A stretch of 32,000 bases of DNA from Nitrosococcus oceani ATCC 19707 (GTDB taxonomy: Bacteria; Pseudomonadota; Gammaproteobacteria; Nitrosococcales; Nitrosococcaceae): NCBI RefSeq assembly GCF_000012805.1, contig NC_007484.1, forward strand, positions 1-32,000, written 5' to 3'. A program made the translations under genes and the position numbers. Positions 9,399-20,175 of this stretch are shown here, in pieces (position 1 is the first letter of the stretch; every line of letters begins with the position of its first letter). The notes below the pieces were generated by a model, which worked only from the letters and a program-made list of their open reading frames with translations, had not been told where the DNA came from and did not search any database.

Positions 9399-10265
9399 AA
9401 TAAGATGATTCAATTTTAAAGAGTTTAGCAATAGAAGACAGAGTTTGTTTCTTTATGGCTTTTGTGTGTGCTCCTTTTTGTTCAATGGGGTTAAGGTCTG
9501 GGGAATAGGGCGGTAGATAAAGCACTGTGTGGGCTGCTTTTCGGAGAATAGCTTGCGTATCCTGACGTTGATGGAGCGTGGCATTATCCATGACACTAAC
9601 GGATTGTGGCGGTAGTTTTGGCAGTAAATCCTGCGCTACCCATGCGGTAAAAATATCGGCATTAATATTCGTAGGGAACAGCCCGATGGTGAGCACAATT
9701 TTGCCAATCAAAGCGCCGATGGCATTCGTTCGGCCCTTTGCATGCCACCGTCACAAAGTCCGTAACAGCGTGCTCCAACCGGCGCATAGCCGTGTGTAGG
9801 CGGCCTATTATGGGCAAATCCACGCTCATCAAAGTAGACAATCGGGCGGCATTGTTGCTCCTACCATGTCATGATCCTCTGGAAGGTGCACCGTGCGCCT
9901 TCGCATCCCTTTGGGTGCATCAAGCTTTTTTTTATAGCTAACGCCCAGACAGCGCAGAGCATGGTTGATTCCCTGAACACGCACACCAAAACGGCTGCGC
10001 TCGCTCGTATTGATACGCATCCGGATTGTCCCGAACATCACTAGCCAGTGCGTCCATATCGAGCTTTGTCGCTGGTTTATTTCGGCTCGGTTTAGGCTCA
10101 GGCCCTTTTAGCCAACGTGTAACGCTCGCTACGCCCACACAAAACCCAGACGCTACCTCGGCAATGATAACTTCTTCCTTCTTGCGAACGGATAGAACTT
10201 TATAGTGAAAATCAGATGAGTAAGTCATCTAATAAGTATGATCAATTTATAATGGATTGGCTATA
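9399..10265 (-). mobile_element. IS630-family element, here called C, whose 3' end is cut by element B; transposase is a pseudogene
   Basis: N-terminal helix-turn-helix ORF 9938-10228 (MTYSSDFHYKVLSVRKKEEVIIAEVAS...). C-terminal DDE piece 9394-9711 (VMDNATLHQRQD...LPPYSPDLNPIE). The right terminus ...GGATTGGCTA is followed by TA (10264-10265). The left inverted repeat is missing because B abuts at 9398/9399. Confidence 0.7.
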
Positions 10266-10518
10266 CCGGGTGCTGAGGGATGAAGTGCGGGCGAAAGTCG
10301 AACCTCCGTTCCGTATCATGAAGCGCATTTTGGTGAAGTCAAATGGGCGTTTCAAAGGCTTGGCGAAGAAGGCCCATCATCTATTTCTCTGCTGTGCCCT
10401 GGGGAATCGGATGACGGCCAGAAGACACTGCTGCGGCGATGCGATGGCGGGTGGTATGGATTCATCTGACGACATTGATGCCCGCACTCAAATATTTCAT
10501 CAATTGTTCAGAGGTTCC
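10266..10518 (+). pseudogene. 3' part of the element G (IS5-group) transposase plus its terminal repeat
   Basis: Reads RVLRDEVRAKVEPPFRIMKRILVKSNGRFKGLAKKAHHLFLCCALGNRM, the RAKVEHPFR...RYRGLAKN block. It joins in frame to ...WGDSAY at 8382 if one TA is removed. The terminus ...CAATTGTTCAGAGGTTCC ends at 10518. Confidence 0.7.
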
Positions 10519-11228
10519 TTAAGAATAAGATGTTATGATTTGGTCAATTGCCGCCTCCTGTGCCATGGATTATCTTCGTTTTTTCAATGGGGTTGAGGTC
10601 TGCAGAAGAGGGCAGCAACGGGATCATATCATGGTAATCCTTGGCCACGATGTCCTGAATGCGTTTGTGATGGTGGAATGAAGCATTGCCCATGATGATG
10701 AGAGTGGGGTCATGCAACGCTTTTATGAGGCATTGCTCCACCCATGTTTCGAGCAGTTGAGAGGTGCATGAGCCTTCAAGGAGCATGGGCGCCAGCCATT
10801 CCTTCTTGCGCCCCCCTGGCGTTATGGCGCTGGGCCATGCCCAGGTGGGCGCGGCGTTTGCGCTTGCCGATGAAAGCCTGAGGAGCTGCTGTCCTTTGTC
10901 TACCCACCCCGCATCCCTATGGCAATGGGCCTTAAAACCGCTCTCATCAATATAAACAAGGTTCCTGAATCCGAACGTCCGGTCTCCGGCGGCGAGTTTT
11001 CCCAAAAACGCTTGCTTTTCATAGGGCATCACTCTTTTTTTACGGATGCCAAGACGCTTGAGAGCATCATGCATTCTTCTGCTCACACCAACATTAAACA
11101 AGGCAGCACGCTCATGAAGAGAGCTATCAGGATGTTCTTCAACGTGCTTTTTCAGTACGCCCTTGTCAAACTTGTTATTTCTTCGGCCATGGAACCTTCG
11201 GATACGAATCTTCGGCGTTGAGCTAACG
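10519..11228 (-). mobile_element. Second, diverged copy of element A (IS630/ISY100-like), here called A', truncated at both ends
   Basis: It starts at TTAAGAATAAG, which corresponds to 4225-4235 of A, so the first 14 nt of the A inverted repeat are missing. It encodes ...KFDKGVLKKHVEEHPDSSLHERAALFNVGVSRRMHDALKRLGIRKKRVMPYEKQAFLGKL...LVYIDESGF...LAPMLLEGSC...IIMGNASFHHHK, collinear with A. About the first 45 codons are missing and there are internal frameshifts. Confidence 0.75.
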
Positions 11229-11318
11229 GTATATAAAGAAAAAGCCTTCTTTCATAAATCTATCTTGAATACGCCATACATAATCACGGCGTATCCGATT
11301 ATTAATTAAAATCTCTCT

Positions 11319-12410
11319 ATGATGCATATTACTCATCTTGACATACGCAACTTCAGAAATCTAAAGCATATTGAATTGCATCCTAGCAAAGGGGTCAATA
11401 TCCTTTCGGGTGCCAATAGCAGTGGAAAAACCAGCTTTCTAGAAGCCATTTATTTGCTTGGCTTAGGACGTTCTTTCCGCACCGTTCAATTAATTTCGGC
11501 TATTCAGGCCGGCATGGAATCGCTCCGTGTTGTAGCCAAAGTGAAGCAGGTGGGCGGTTCCCATACCGCAGGAGTAGAGTTTGGTCCTGCTGGTTTTCGA
11601 GCACGTATCAACAAAGATACGGTAAAGAAACGTTCCCAATTAGCCACCCAATTACCCTTGTTATATATGTCTTCTTATAGTCATGTTGTACTCGATGGAG
11701 GACCTCGTTACCGCAGGCAATGGCTCGACTGGAGTTTATTTCATCTGGAGCCCGGATTTCACGATCTATGGTGGTGTTATCAACGAACGCTTAAGCAGCG
11801 TAATCATGTATTAAGAGTTCATAAGCCTAGCTGGCAACAGGAAATTAATGCTTGGAATAAGAAGCTCTCTACCTATGGGGAGCAAATTACTTCGCTGCGA
11901 GAAGCTATTCTCTTTAAACTACAGGATAGCGTATCACAGTTATTTACGGCCTTGGCCCACCAACCAATTTCCCCTGTTACTATGGAATTTAAGCAAGGTT
12001 GGGCTCGCACGGTGAGGCTAGAAGAAATTCTAAATGAATCGTTGAACTATGATCGAGCAGCGGGTTATACACGATATGGACCTCACCGTGCAGAAGTGGC
12101 ATTTTATGTGGATGGAAAAGATGTTAGGGAAATTTTATCTAGAGGTCAGCAAAAGGTATTTTGCTATTCTCTTGCGTTGAGTCAGGCAAATCTATTATAC
12201 AGAACTAAAGAACAAAATTGTATTTTCTTAATTGATGATTTTACTTCGGAACTCGATGCTGATCATCGAAAGCGGCTTTTAACATTGTTAAATAAGCTAG
12301 GCATGCAGGTTTTTGCCACTACTATAGAATCATTAGGTAGTGAAATAAAGGCACATCCTAATATCAAGGAGTTCCACGTGAAACTGGGGCAGGTAGAAGA
12401 AATGGTATAA
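11319..12410 (+). CDS. recF: DNA replication and repair protein RecF
   Basis: 363-aa ORF. N-terminus MMHITHLDIRNFRNL and Walker A GANSSGKTSFLEAI. SMC-like C-terminal FLIDDFTSELD (Walker B). Located directly upstream of gyrB. Confidence 0.95.
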   Translation: MMHITHLDIRNFRNLKHIELHPSKGVNILSGANSSGKTSFLEAIYLLGLGRSFRTVQLISAIQAGMESLRVVAKVKQVGGSHTAGVEFGPAGFRARINKDTVKKRSQLATQLPLLYMSSYSHVVLDGGPRYRRQWLDWSLFHLEPGFHDLWWCYQRTLKQRNHVLRVHKPSWQQEINAWNKKLSTYGEQITSLREAILFKLQDSVSQLFTALAHQPISPVTMEFKQGWARTVRLEEILNESLNYDRAAGYTRYGPHRAEVAFYVDGKDVREILSRGQQKVFCYSLALSQANLLYRTKEQNCIFLIDDFTSELDADHRKRLLTLLNKLGMQVFATTIESLGSEIKAHPNIKEFHVKLGQVEEMV

Positions 12411-12413
12411 TAA

Positions 12414-14861
<2,448 letters not shown>

Positions 14862-14919
14862 CGGATTTGGAACTTGATGAATTAACCTTTTTGTTCTTTT
14901 GCGTACATATTATTATAGT

Positions 14920-15621
14920 ATGAACCGCTGGCTAGCTAGTGCACGCAACCTGGAAGAGGCTAGCTACCTGCTTGCGGAAGGTCCGGATATTATTGATTTT
15001 AAGGAACCAAAAAGAGGAGTCTTGGGCGCCTTACCTCCAGAAACCGTTCGCCAAGCTGTAGCCCTGATCGGTGGACGTTGCCAAACTAGCGCTACCATTG
15101 GTGATTTTTTTGTGGAGTCTTCGCAAATTTCTCAGGGTGTACTAGAAATAGCAGCCACCGGCGTGGACTATGTGAAAATCGCCCTATTCTCCAATACCCA
15201 GCAGGCAGCCGATTGCCTAATATCCCTCCAACCGTTAGCAGCTCGGGGAGTTTCCATGATAGGGGTAATATTTGCTGATAAGCAGCCCGATTTTTCTTGG
15301 ATACACCTAATAAAACAAGCGGGATTTAAAGGAATTATGCTAGATACGGCTGTTAAAGACGGCCGGGGTTTACTAAGTCATCTTTCCCTTCCTGAGTTGG
15401 ATAATTTTATTAAGGTAGCTCGTAATGCTAATCTCGTCAGCGGTTTAGCTGGCTCTCTTAGTATACAAGATATACCTAAGTTGCTATCTTTAAAAGCTAA
15501 TTACTTGGGATTTCGCAGCGCTTTATGCACTGCTGGGAATAGATGTTACCGTCTTGATCCAAAAGCGGTTCTGTCAATTAAACGAGCCATAAGAGAAAAT
15601 CCTAGAATAGTTGAGAACTAA
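14920..15621 (+). CDS. mfnB: (5-formylfuran-3-yl)methyl phosphate synthase, MfnB/DUF556 family (methanofuran biosynthesis)
   Basis: Collinear with archaeal MfnB as I recall it. PDIIDFKEPKRGVLGA matches ADIIDVKNPPEGSLGA (Schiff-base Lys). IMLDTAVKDGRGLLSHLS matches AMLDTAVKDGKTLFDHMS. GLAGSL matches ALAGSI. The track ORF opens at a TTG at 14899, but the ATG at 14920 (MNRWLASARN) is more plausible. Confidence 0.8.
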   Translation: MNRWLASARNLEEASYLLAEGPDIIDFKEPKRGVLGALPPETVRQAVALIGGRCQTSATIGDFFVESSQISQGVLEIAATGVDYVKIALFSNTQQAADCLISLQPLAARGVSMIGVIFADKQPDFSWIHLIKQAGFKGIMLDTAVKDGRGLLSHLSLPELDNFIKVARNANLVSGLAGSLSIQDIPKLLSLKANYLGFRSALCTAGNRCYRLDPKAVLSIKRAIRENPRIVEN

Positions 15622-16322
15622 TATATAGAGAGAAGGGCGATGATATCCGGATTGGGATAAAGTCGGGGTACGCGGTTAGCTTAGTTAAGCTGAATTCTAG
15701 ATAAGCGAGGGGTCCTGCTGCTGGGCTAGGTGTCTGGAAAATTCTTCCTGGTGATGGCGCACTACAGGTCTGTCAGTCATTGAAATCATAATGGTGGTGA
15801 TTCACTTCCCGCCAGCCTTATTATCACCATTTTAAAGGTTATTATCTGGGCGATGTTGGGTGCCATCTCAAAGGTGCTTTTTTTGAGAAGGGTCTACGGT
15901 GGATAACCCCCTGTCGCAAAAATAGGTGCGACCTCTTCTTGCCTGTGGTCGATAAGCGCTTGCTTATTGAGCGCAGCCATCATCTCCAGTGGTGTTCATT
16001 TCACACTCAACCGGGTCGCTGGGCTTATCGACTACACCACCCATTAGCTCCCTTAAGCTCTCACTTAACCCGCCTAACCATCCACTTATCCTCTTGGATA
16101 AGCCTAGCTAGGTAGTTATCCAGAACGAACGTTAGTTAAACTACGTACTTTATATGGATATGTATTCGTGGGGATAGAGAGGGCGTTCCTGAGAAAAAAA
16201 TGCGCAATTTTTCTCCGATTGTAAATTAACTGTTTGTAAGTAGTATGCCTTTATGAAGATTTATGAATCATAAGAATAAGAGCGCAGCTACATATTGCGT
16301 GCTCTGAATAAAATATTTATTT

Positions 16323-17118
16323 GTGCTCAAAAAATAATGCTTTGAGTTTGTGAAAGTAGAGCGACTCCGTTGTAATAGGAAGTGACCAAACTTTCTCTAT
16401 AAAGAAGCGCTCTGTGATGAACCACTTACGTTGCCCACGTTGTAGATTATCGCACATTAAGAAAAACGCTCGCACCCACTACGATAAACAAAACCACGCC
16501 TGCCTGGTGTACGGGGGCAGTTTGTGGCTGCGGCCTATCGTATTGACGAGACCAGGCGCGCCTTGGTCAAAAAGTTGCTGCTAGAGCGGCTCTCGTTGCG
16601 GGGCATTTGTTGGGTACTGGAGGTGAGTTTGACGTGATTGTTGCAGTTTATTGATGAGCTATACCAGCACTCACCTGATGATCTGGATGTTCAACAGATT
16701 TCACCTCTTCAGGCCATTGAGTTATCCTGTCTGAAAGTCCAAGCTGATGAAAGTAGGACTTTGTCGGTTATAAGGCCAATAAGCAATGGCTCTGGTTGGG
16801 GCTCGATCCGTGCTCGCGCCAGGTGTTGGCCTTCTATGTCGGTAACCGCTCACGGGACAGTGCCCGTGAGCTATGGCTACGCCTTCCCGCACGCTAACGC
16901 CAACAGGCCACTTTCTCCGCTGGTAATTGGGAGACCTATTAGGGTGTTATTCCCCCAACAACGCAGCATCAAGTTTTCCTCAAGGGCTCAGGGCAAACCA
17001 ATGCCATTGAACGGTTTAACTGCACTTTGCGCTAGCACCTCTCGCGCTTGGTACGTAAATCCCTTTTATTAACCAGGAAGTTATACGATAATTCTGAGCA
17101 GCATTACTTTTTGAGCAC
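16323..17118 (+). mobile_element. IS1-family element with intact terminal inverted repeats
   Basis: GTGCTCAAAAAATAATGCTTTGAG (16323-16346) against the reverse complement of 17094-17118 (GTGCTCAAAAAGTAATGCTGCTCAG). Length is 796 bp, the size of IS1. Confidence 0.8.
16417..17075 (+). pseudogene. IS1-family transposase (InsA/InsB-like), multiply frameshifted
   Basis: The ATG at 16417 gives the zinc-finger N-terminus MNHLRCPRCRLSHIKKNARTHYDKQNH.C. Later frames give LLQFIDELYQHSPDDL, LKVQADE and TNAIERFNCTLR*HLSRLVRKSL (compare IS1 InsB [22 protein letters not shown]). There are several frameshifts and an in-frame TAG where IS1 has Gln. Confidence 0.75.
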
Positions 17119-17143
17119 TACCACTTATTTAACCTGAGAAAAT

Positions 17144-18151
17144 TTACGCTTCCTGATGATAAGCAATTACCCGTTCTACCTCGTTTTTGGAACCCAGGAT
17201 AACAGGTACCCGTTGATGAATACCTTCTGGGTTAATCTCTAAAATACGTTGATCACCTGTGGAGCTGACACCACCAGCTTGCTCTACAATAAAGCTCATG
17301 GGATTAGCTTCATACATTAATCGTAGTCGGCCGGGTTTATCTGGATCTCTGCTATCCCAGGGATACATAAAAATTCCACCGCGAGTAAGTATCCGATAGA
17401 CTTCCGATACCATGGAGGCTACCCAGCGCATGTTGAAATTCTTGTTTCGGCAGCCTTCTTTCCCTTGCAAGCAGTCTTCAATATACCGTTGCACCGGTGC
17501 GGCCCAGAAACGCTGATTAGACATATTGATGGCGAACTCCATAGTGTCTTCTGGAATGGTCATATTAGGGTGGGTAAGAATAAATTCCCCAATATCTTGA
17601 TCCAGGGTGAAGCCATTAACTCCATGACCCGCCGTTAACACCATCATGGTGGTAGGGCCATAGACACAGAATCCAGCGCACACTTGTTGGGTCCCTGGCT
17701 GCAAAAAATCCTCTTGGGTAGGCTCGGATACATCGTCTGGGCAACGTAGGATAGAGAATATAGTTCCCACCGAGATATTGATATCGATATTGGAAGAGCC
17801 ATCTAACGGATCAAAGAGTAAAAGGTATTTGCCCTTGGGATATTGGCCAGGAATTGGAATAATCCCCTCGATTTCTTCTGAGGCCATAGCGCCTAGATGT
17901 CCCGTCCACTCCAAGGAGTTCACCATTATGTCATTGCTGATCACATCGAGTTTTTTCTGGCCCTCGCCTTGGATATTTTCGGTACCCGCGGCCCCTAGTA
18001 TGTCGATGAGGCCGCCTCGGTTAACAAGATGGGAGATAGTTTTGCATGCGGTCACAATGTCGTTGAGCAGTCCAGTAAAATCACCGGTAGCACTGGGAAT
18101 GCTACGCTGCTCCTCAAGAATAAATTGAGTTAGAAAAGGGTTGCTATGCAT
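17144..18151 (-). CDS. fbp: Class 1 fructose-1,6-bisphosphatase
   Basis: 335-aa ORF. N-terminus [11 protein letters not shown]....TGDFTGLL and metal-binding motif [24 protein letters not shown]. Typical FBPase class 1 length. Confidence 0.95.
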   Translation of the reverse strand: MHSNPFLTQFILEEQRSIPSATGDFTGLLNDIVTACKTISHLVNRGGLIDILGAAGTENIQGEGQKKLDVISNDIMVNSLEWTGHLGAMASEEIEGIIPIPGQYPKGKYLLLFDPLDGSSNIDINISVGTIFSILRCPDDVSEPTQEDFLQPGTQQVCAGFCVYGPTTMMVLTAGHGVNGFTLDQDIGEFILTHPNMTIPEDTMEFAINMSNQRFWAAPVQRYIEDCLQGKEGCRNKNFNMRWVASMVSEVYRILTRGGIFMYPWDSRDPDKPGRLRLMYEANPMSFIVEQAGGVSSTGDQRILEINPEGIHQRVPVILGSKNEVERVIAYHQEA

Positions 18152-18365
18152 GAATTAATTATCCTTACTTTCGTTTAATAAAAAATAGGTAGAGGAGGAA
18201 GGGGTTTATTTTATGGGCTAGAAAAACAGTCCTGATAGTGCATTCAAGATTTGTCATTTTTATAGGTTAGGTGAGTTCATCTAACTGGATCTAATTAGAT
18301 TAGGTTTAGATATCCCTCTGGATACAAAAACAAGGCTATTATAGCAATAATGGAAAATGAGATTT

Positions 18366-19184
18366 TCACGGCACCAGGATTAAAATTTCGCCATGGCCCA
18401 GACTGGCCATATCACCACAAAATCGATGCGCCCGGCCAATGGTTTTAGGGAGAAAGGCAAATCGGGTTTCTAGACTACGGTAGGATTCCAGCAGGAGGGG
18501 CAAGAACCCCAGAGTGTGATAGCCGCAGTCATTAAAGGTCGCGCTTAGTTTATCAGGGGGATGCCATAGTAAAAGAGTTCCGCGCTTCATACCATACCCT
18601 AGGTAATTTCCGGTTTTACCTAATATCGCAATTGTGCCTGCTAACATACGCGAGCCCGCATAATTACCTGCGTTTCCCTCAATAAGTAGCGTTCCTCGGC
18701 GCATTCGGTCTCCAACACGGGCACCCGTGTTTCCGGTAATAATAACCGTTCCTCCTGTCATGCCGATTTGATTGCCGGGGCGGGCGGCCCCTAAAAAATC
18801 GTCGCTATCTCCATCTACCCGGAGCAATCCGCCTTGCATCTCACAGGCGGTAAAAGCACCGGTATTCCCGTAGATATTAATTTGCCCATCATGCATGCCC
18901 ATTCCTGTATAGGCACCGCAAGATCCTTGAACATCGATCTGGCCGCCAGAACAATTTTTACCGATGTAATCCAACTTGGTGGTCTCTCCTGCGAAAATTA
19001 ACCGTCCTGGATCGTCTCCTGAAATATTAAAAATGGTATCTGCTCGCACGTGCTGATTACCCGTTACCAGAGTAATCGCAGCTATCTCGGGTTTCGATAG
19101 GCCGATTAAATTCTCCGGGATGAGGGGCGATGCATCCACCTGCTGGCTAGGAATTTCTTTTAGAATCAGAGTTAGTGCGTTCAA
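18366..19184 (-). CDS. fhcC: Formyltransferase/hydrolase complex subunit C (FwdC/FmdC-like beta-helix protein)
   Basis: 272 aa with glycine-rich repeats (GxxGxxxGxxMxxGxIxIxGNxG, for example GAYTGMGMHDGQINIYGNTGAF and GDRMRRGTLLIEGNAGNYAG) typical of formylmethanofuran dehydrogenase subunit C. Last gene of the fhc cluster. Confidence 0.85.
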   Translation of the reverse strand: MNALTLILKEIPSQQVDASPLIPENLIGLSKPEIAAITLVTGNQHVRADTIFNISGDDPGRLIFAGETTKLDYIGKNCSGGQIDVQGSCGAYTGMGMHDGQINIYGNTGAFTACEMQGGLLRVDGDSDDFLGAARPGNQIGMTGGTVIITGNTGARVGDRMRRGTLLIEGNAGNYAGSRMLAGTIAILGKTGNYLGYGMKRGTLLLWHPPDKLSATFNDCGYHTLGFLPLLLESYRSLETRFAFLPKTIGRAHRFCGDMASLGHGEILILVP

Positions 19185-19266
19185 GGGTAGAGCTTTAGGA
19201 ATTGCGATAAAAAATATGCTTTTTTTCTCTCAGAGCAGAACATTGGAGCGTGTGGCTATTTCACCT

Positions 19267-20175
19267 TTAAGCCATTTGTCCCATCATGATCTCCTGGAGA
19301 TGAAAATGAATCGGACCTAGTTTTCCTCCATAATTGCCCGCACTGATGCGGTATATCCCGTTTTGGGCTCCAAAGTTACAGACGGCAGAAATTCCAGCAT
19401 ACATAGCCTTTTGGATATCTTCTTTAGAAAAACCATCAATAACAATTTCCAATACGGATTCAATCTCAGCCGAGAGATTAGTATGCGTTTTCCCTTTAAG
19501 CGTGGGGCAAAAAACATCATTGGTGGATGCCTTTATTCCTGGATATTTAGAACCCACCTTTGAACCCGCGCGCACGATGCCACCAGGAAAAGGCATTATA
19601 ACATTAGGAATTTTTTTCATGGCTGCGATAGCCGCCTCGCAGGCCGTTAACGCTTGAGGTTGAGATTGGGCGAGAACGAGAAAATTGCCGCCGCCAATTG
19701 CTGGGATCATACCCACCTTCTCTTCGGTAAGAAATTCGCCCTCCATGACGGGAATTCGCCAATAACGGCGGCCATTAATAATTTTCGATATTTGAAAGCC
19801 ATCACCAAAAAAGCGGAGATTCTTTCCTAACGGGATAAGTTCACCCTCATATATTCCAGCAAATAATGCGGAAGTGGGTGAAGTGAGTACGCACTGACCA
19901 ACCCGGGCTTCAAGTTGTTTAGCTAATCCTTTGCCCCCTATGGCGAATAGTAAAATGGCGACTCCAGGGCGTCCGTCGGGTGTCTCAGAAGGATCTAATT
20001 CTCGTTCGATACCTGCCTCGCAACCACAAGCAATTACCGAAGTGGCGAACCCGGTCATGGTTTGGGCCGAATGATAGGCCCACTTTAGATCCTGTGCTGT
20101 AATAAGTATGCGAGTGGCTTTCATGGGAAAGGCTTCGGCAAAGGTGGGCTCAATTTTGACACCATTAATAATCAG
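19267..20175 (-). CDS. fhcD: Formylmethanofuran--tetrahydromethanopterin N-formyltransferase (Ftr/FhcD); start codon uncertain
   Basis: Collinear with archaeal Ftr: INGVKIEPTFAEAFPMKATRILITA...TGFATSVIACGCEAGIE...ETPDGRPGV...GGNF...FPGGIV...GSKY...ISAGNYGGKLG. The first ATG is at 20124, but 15 conserved residues are encoded upstream of it. The 5' end is set at the CTG at 20175 (see the fhcD start-codon finding). Confidence 0.85.
   Translation of the reverse strand: MIINGVKIEPTFAEAFPMKATRILITAQDLKWAYHSAQTMTGFATSVIACGCEAGIERELDPSETPDGRPGVAILLFAIGGKGLAKQLEARVGQCVLTSPTSALFAGIYEGELIPLGKNLRFFGDGFQISKIINGRRYWRIPVMEGEFLTEEKVGMIPAIGGGNFLVLAQSQPQALTACEAAIAAMKKIPNVIMPFPGGIVRAGSKVGSKYPGIKASTNDVFCPTLKGKTHTNLSAEIESVLEIVIDGFSKEDIQKAMYAGISAVCNFGAQNGIYRISAGNYGGKLGPIHFHLQEIMMGQMA

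Noticed and set aside
10216-10596. A 126-aa plus-strand ORF that looks like an intact gene
   Set aside because: It is a chimera. It starts antisense to the 5' end of element C, reads through the 3' fragment of the IS5-like element G (RAKVEPPFR...GLAKK) and ends antisense in A'.
3582-11228. Searched the accessory block for cargo genes (defence systems, toxin-antitoxin pairs, resistance genes, integrases) hidden among the IS copies
   Set aside because: Every ORF of 60 aa or more here is either a transposase frame fragment (IS5, IS630 or IS3 signatures) or an antisense shadow of one. No non-transposase motif was recognised.
16638-17072. A 144-aa plus-strand ORF in otherwise non-coding DNA
   Set aside because: It is a mix of frames of the frameshifted IS1-family transposase and lies inside the element bounded by the 16323 and 17118 inverted repeats.
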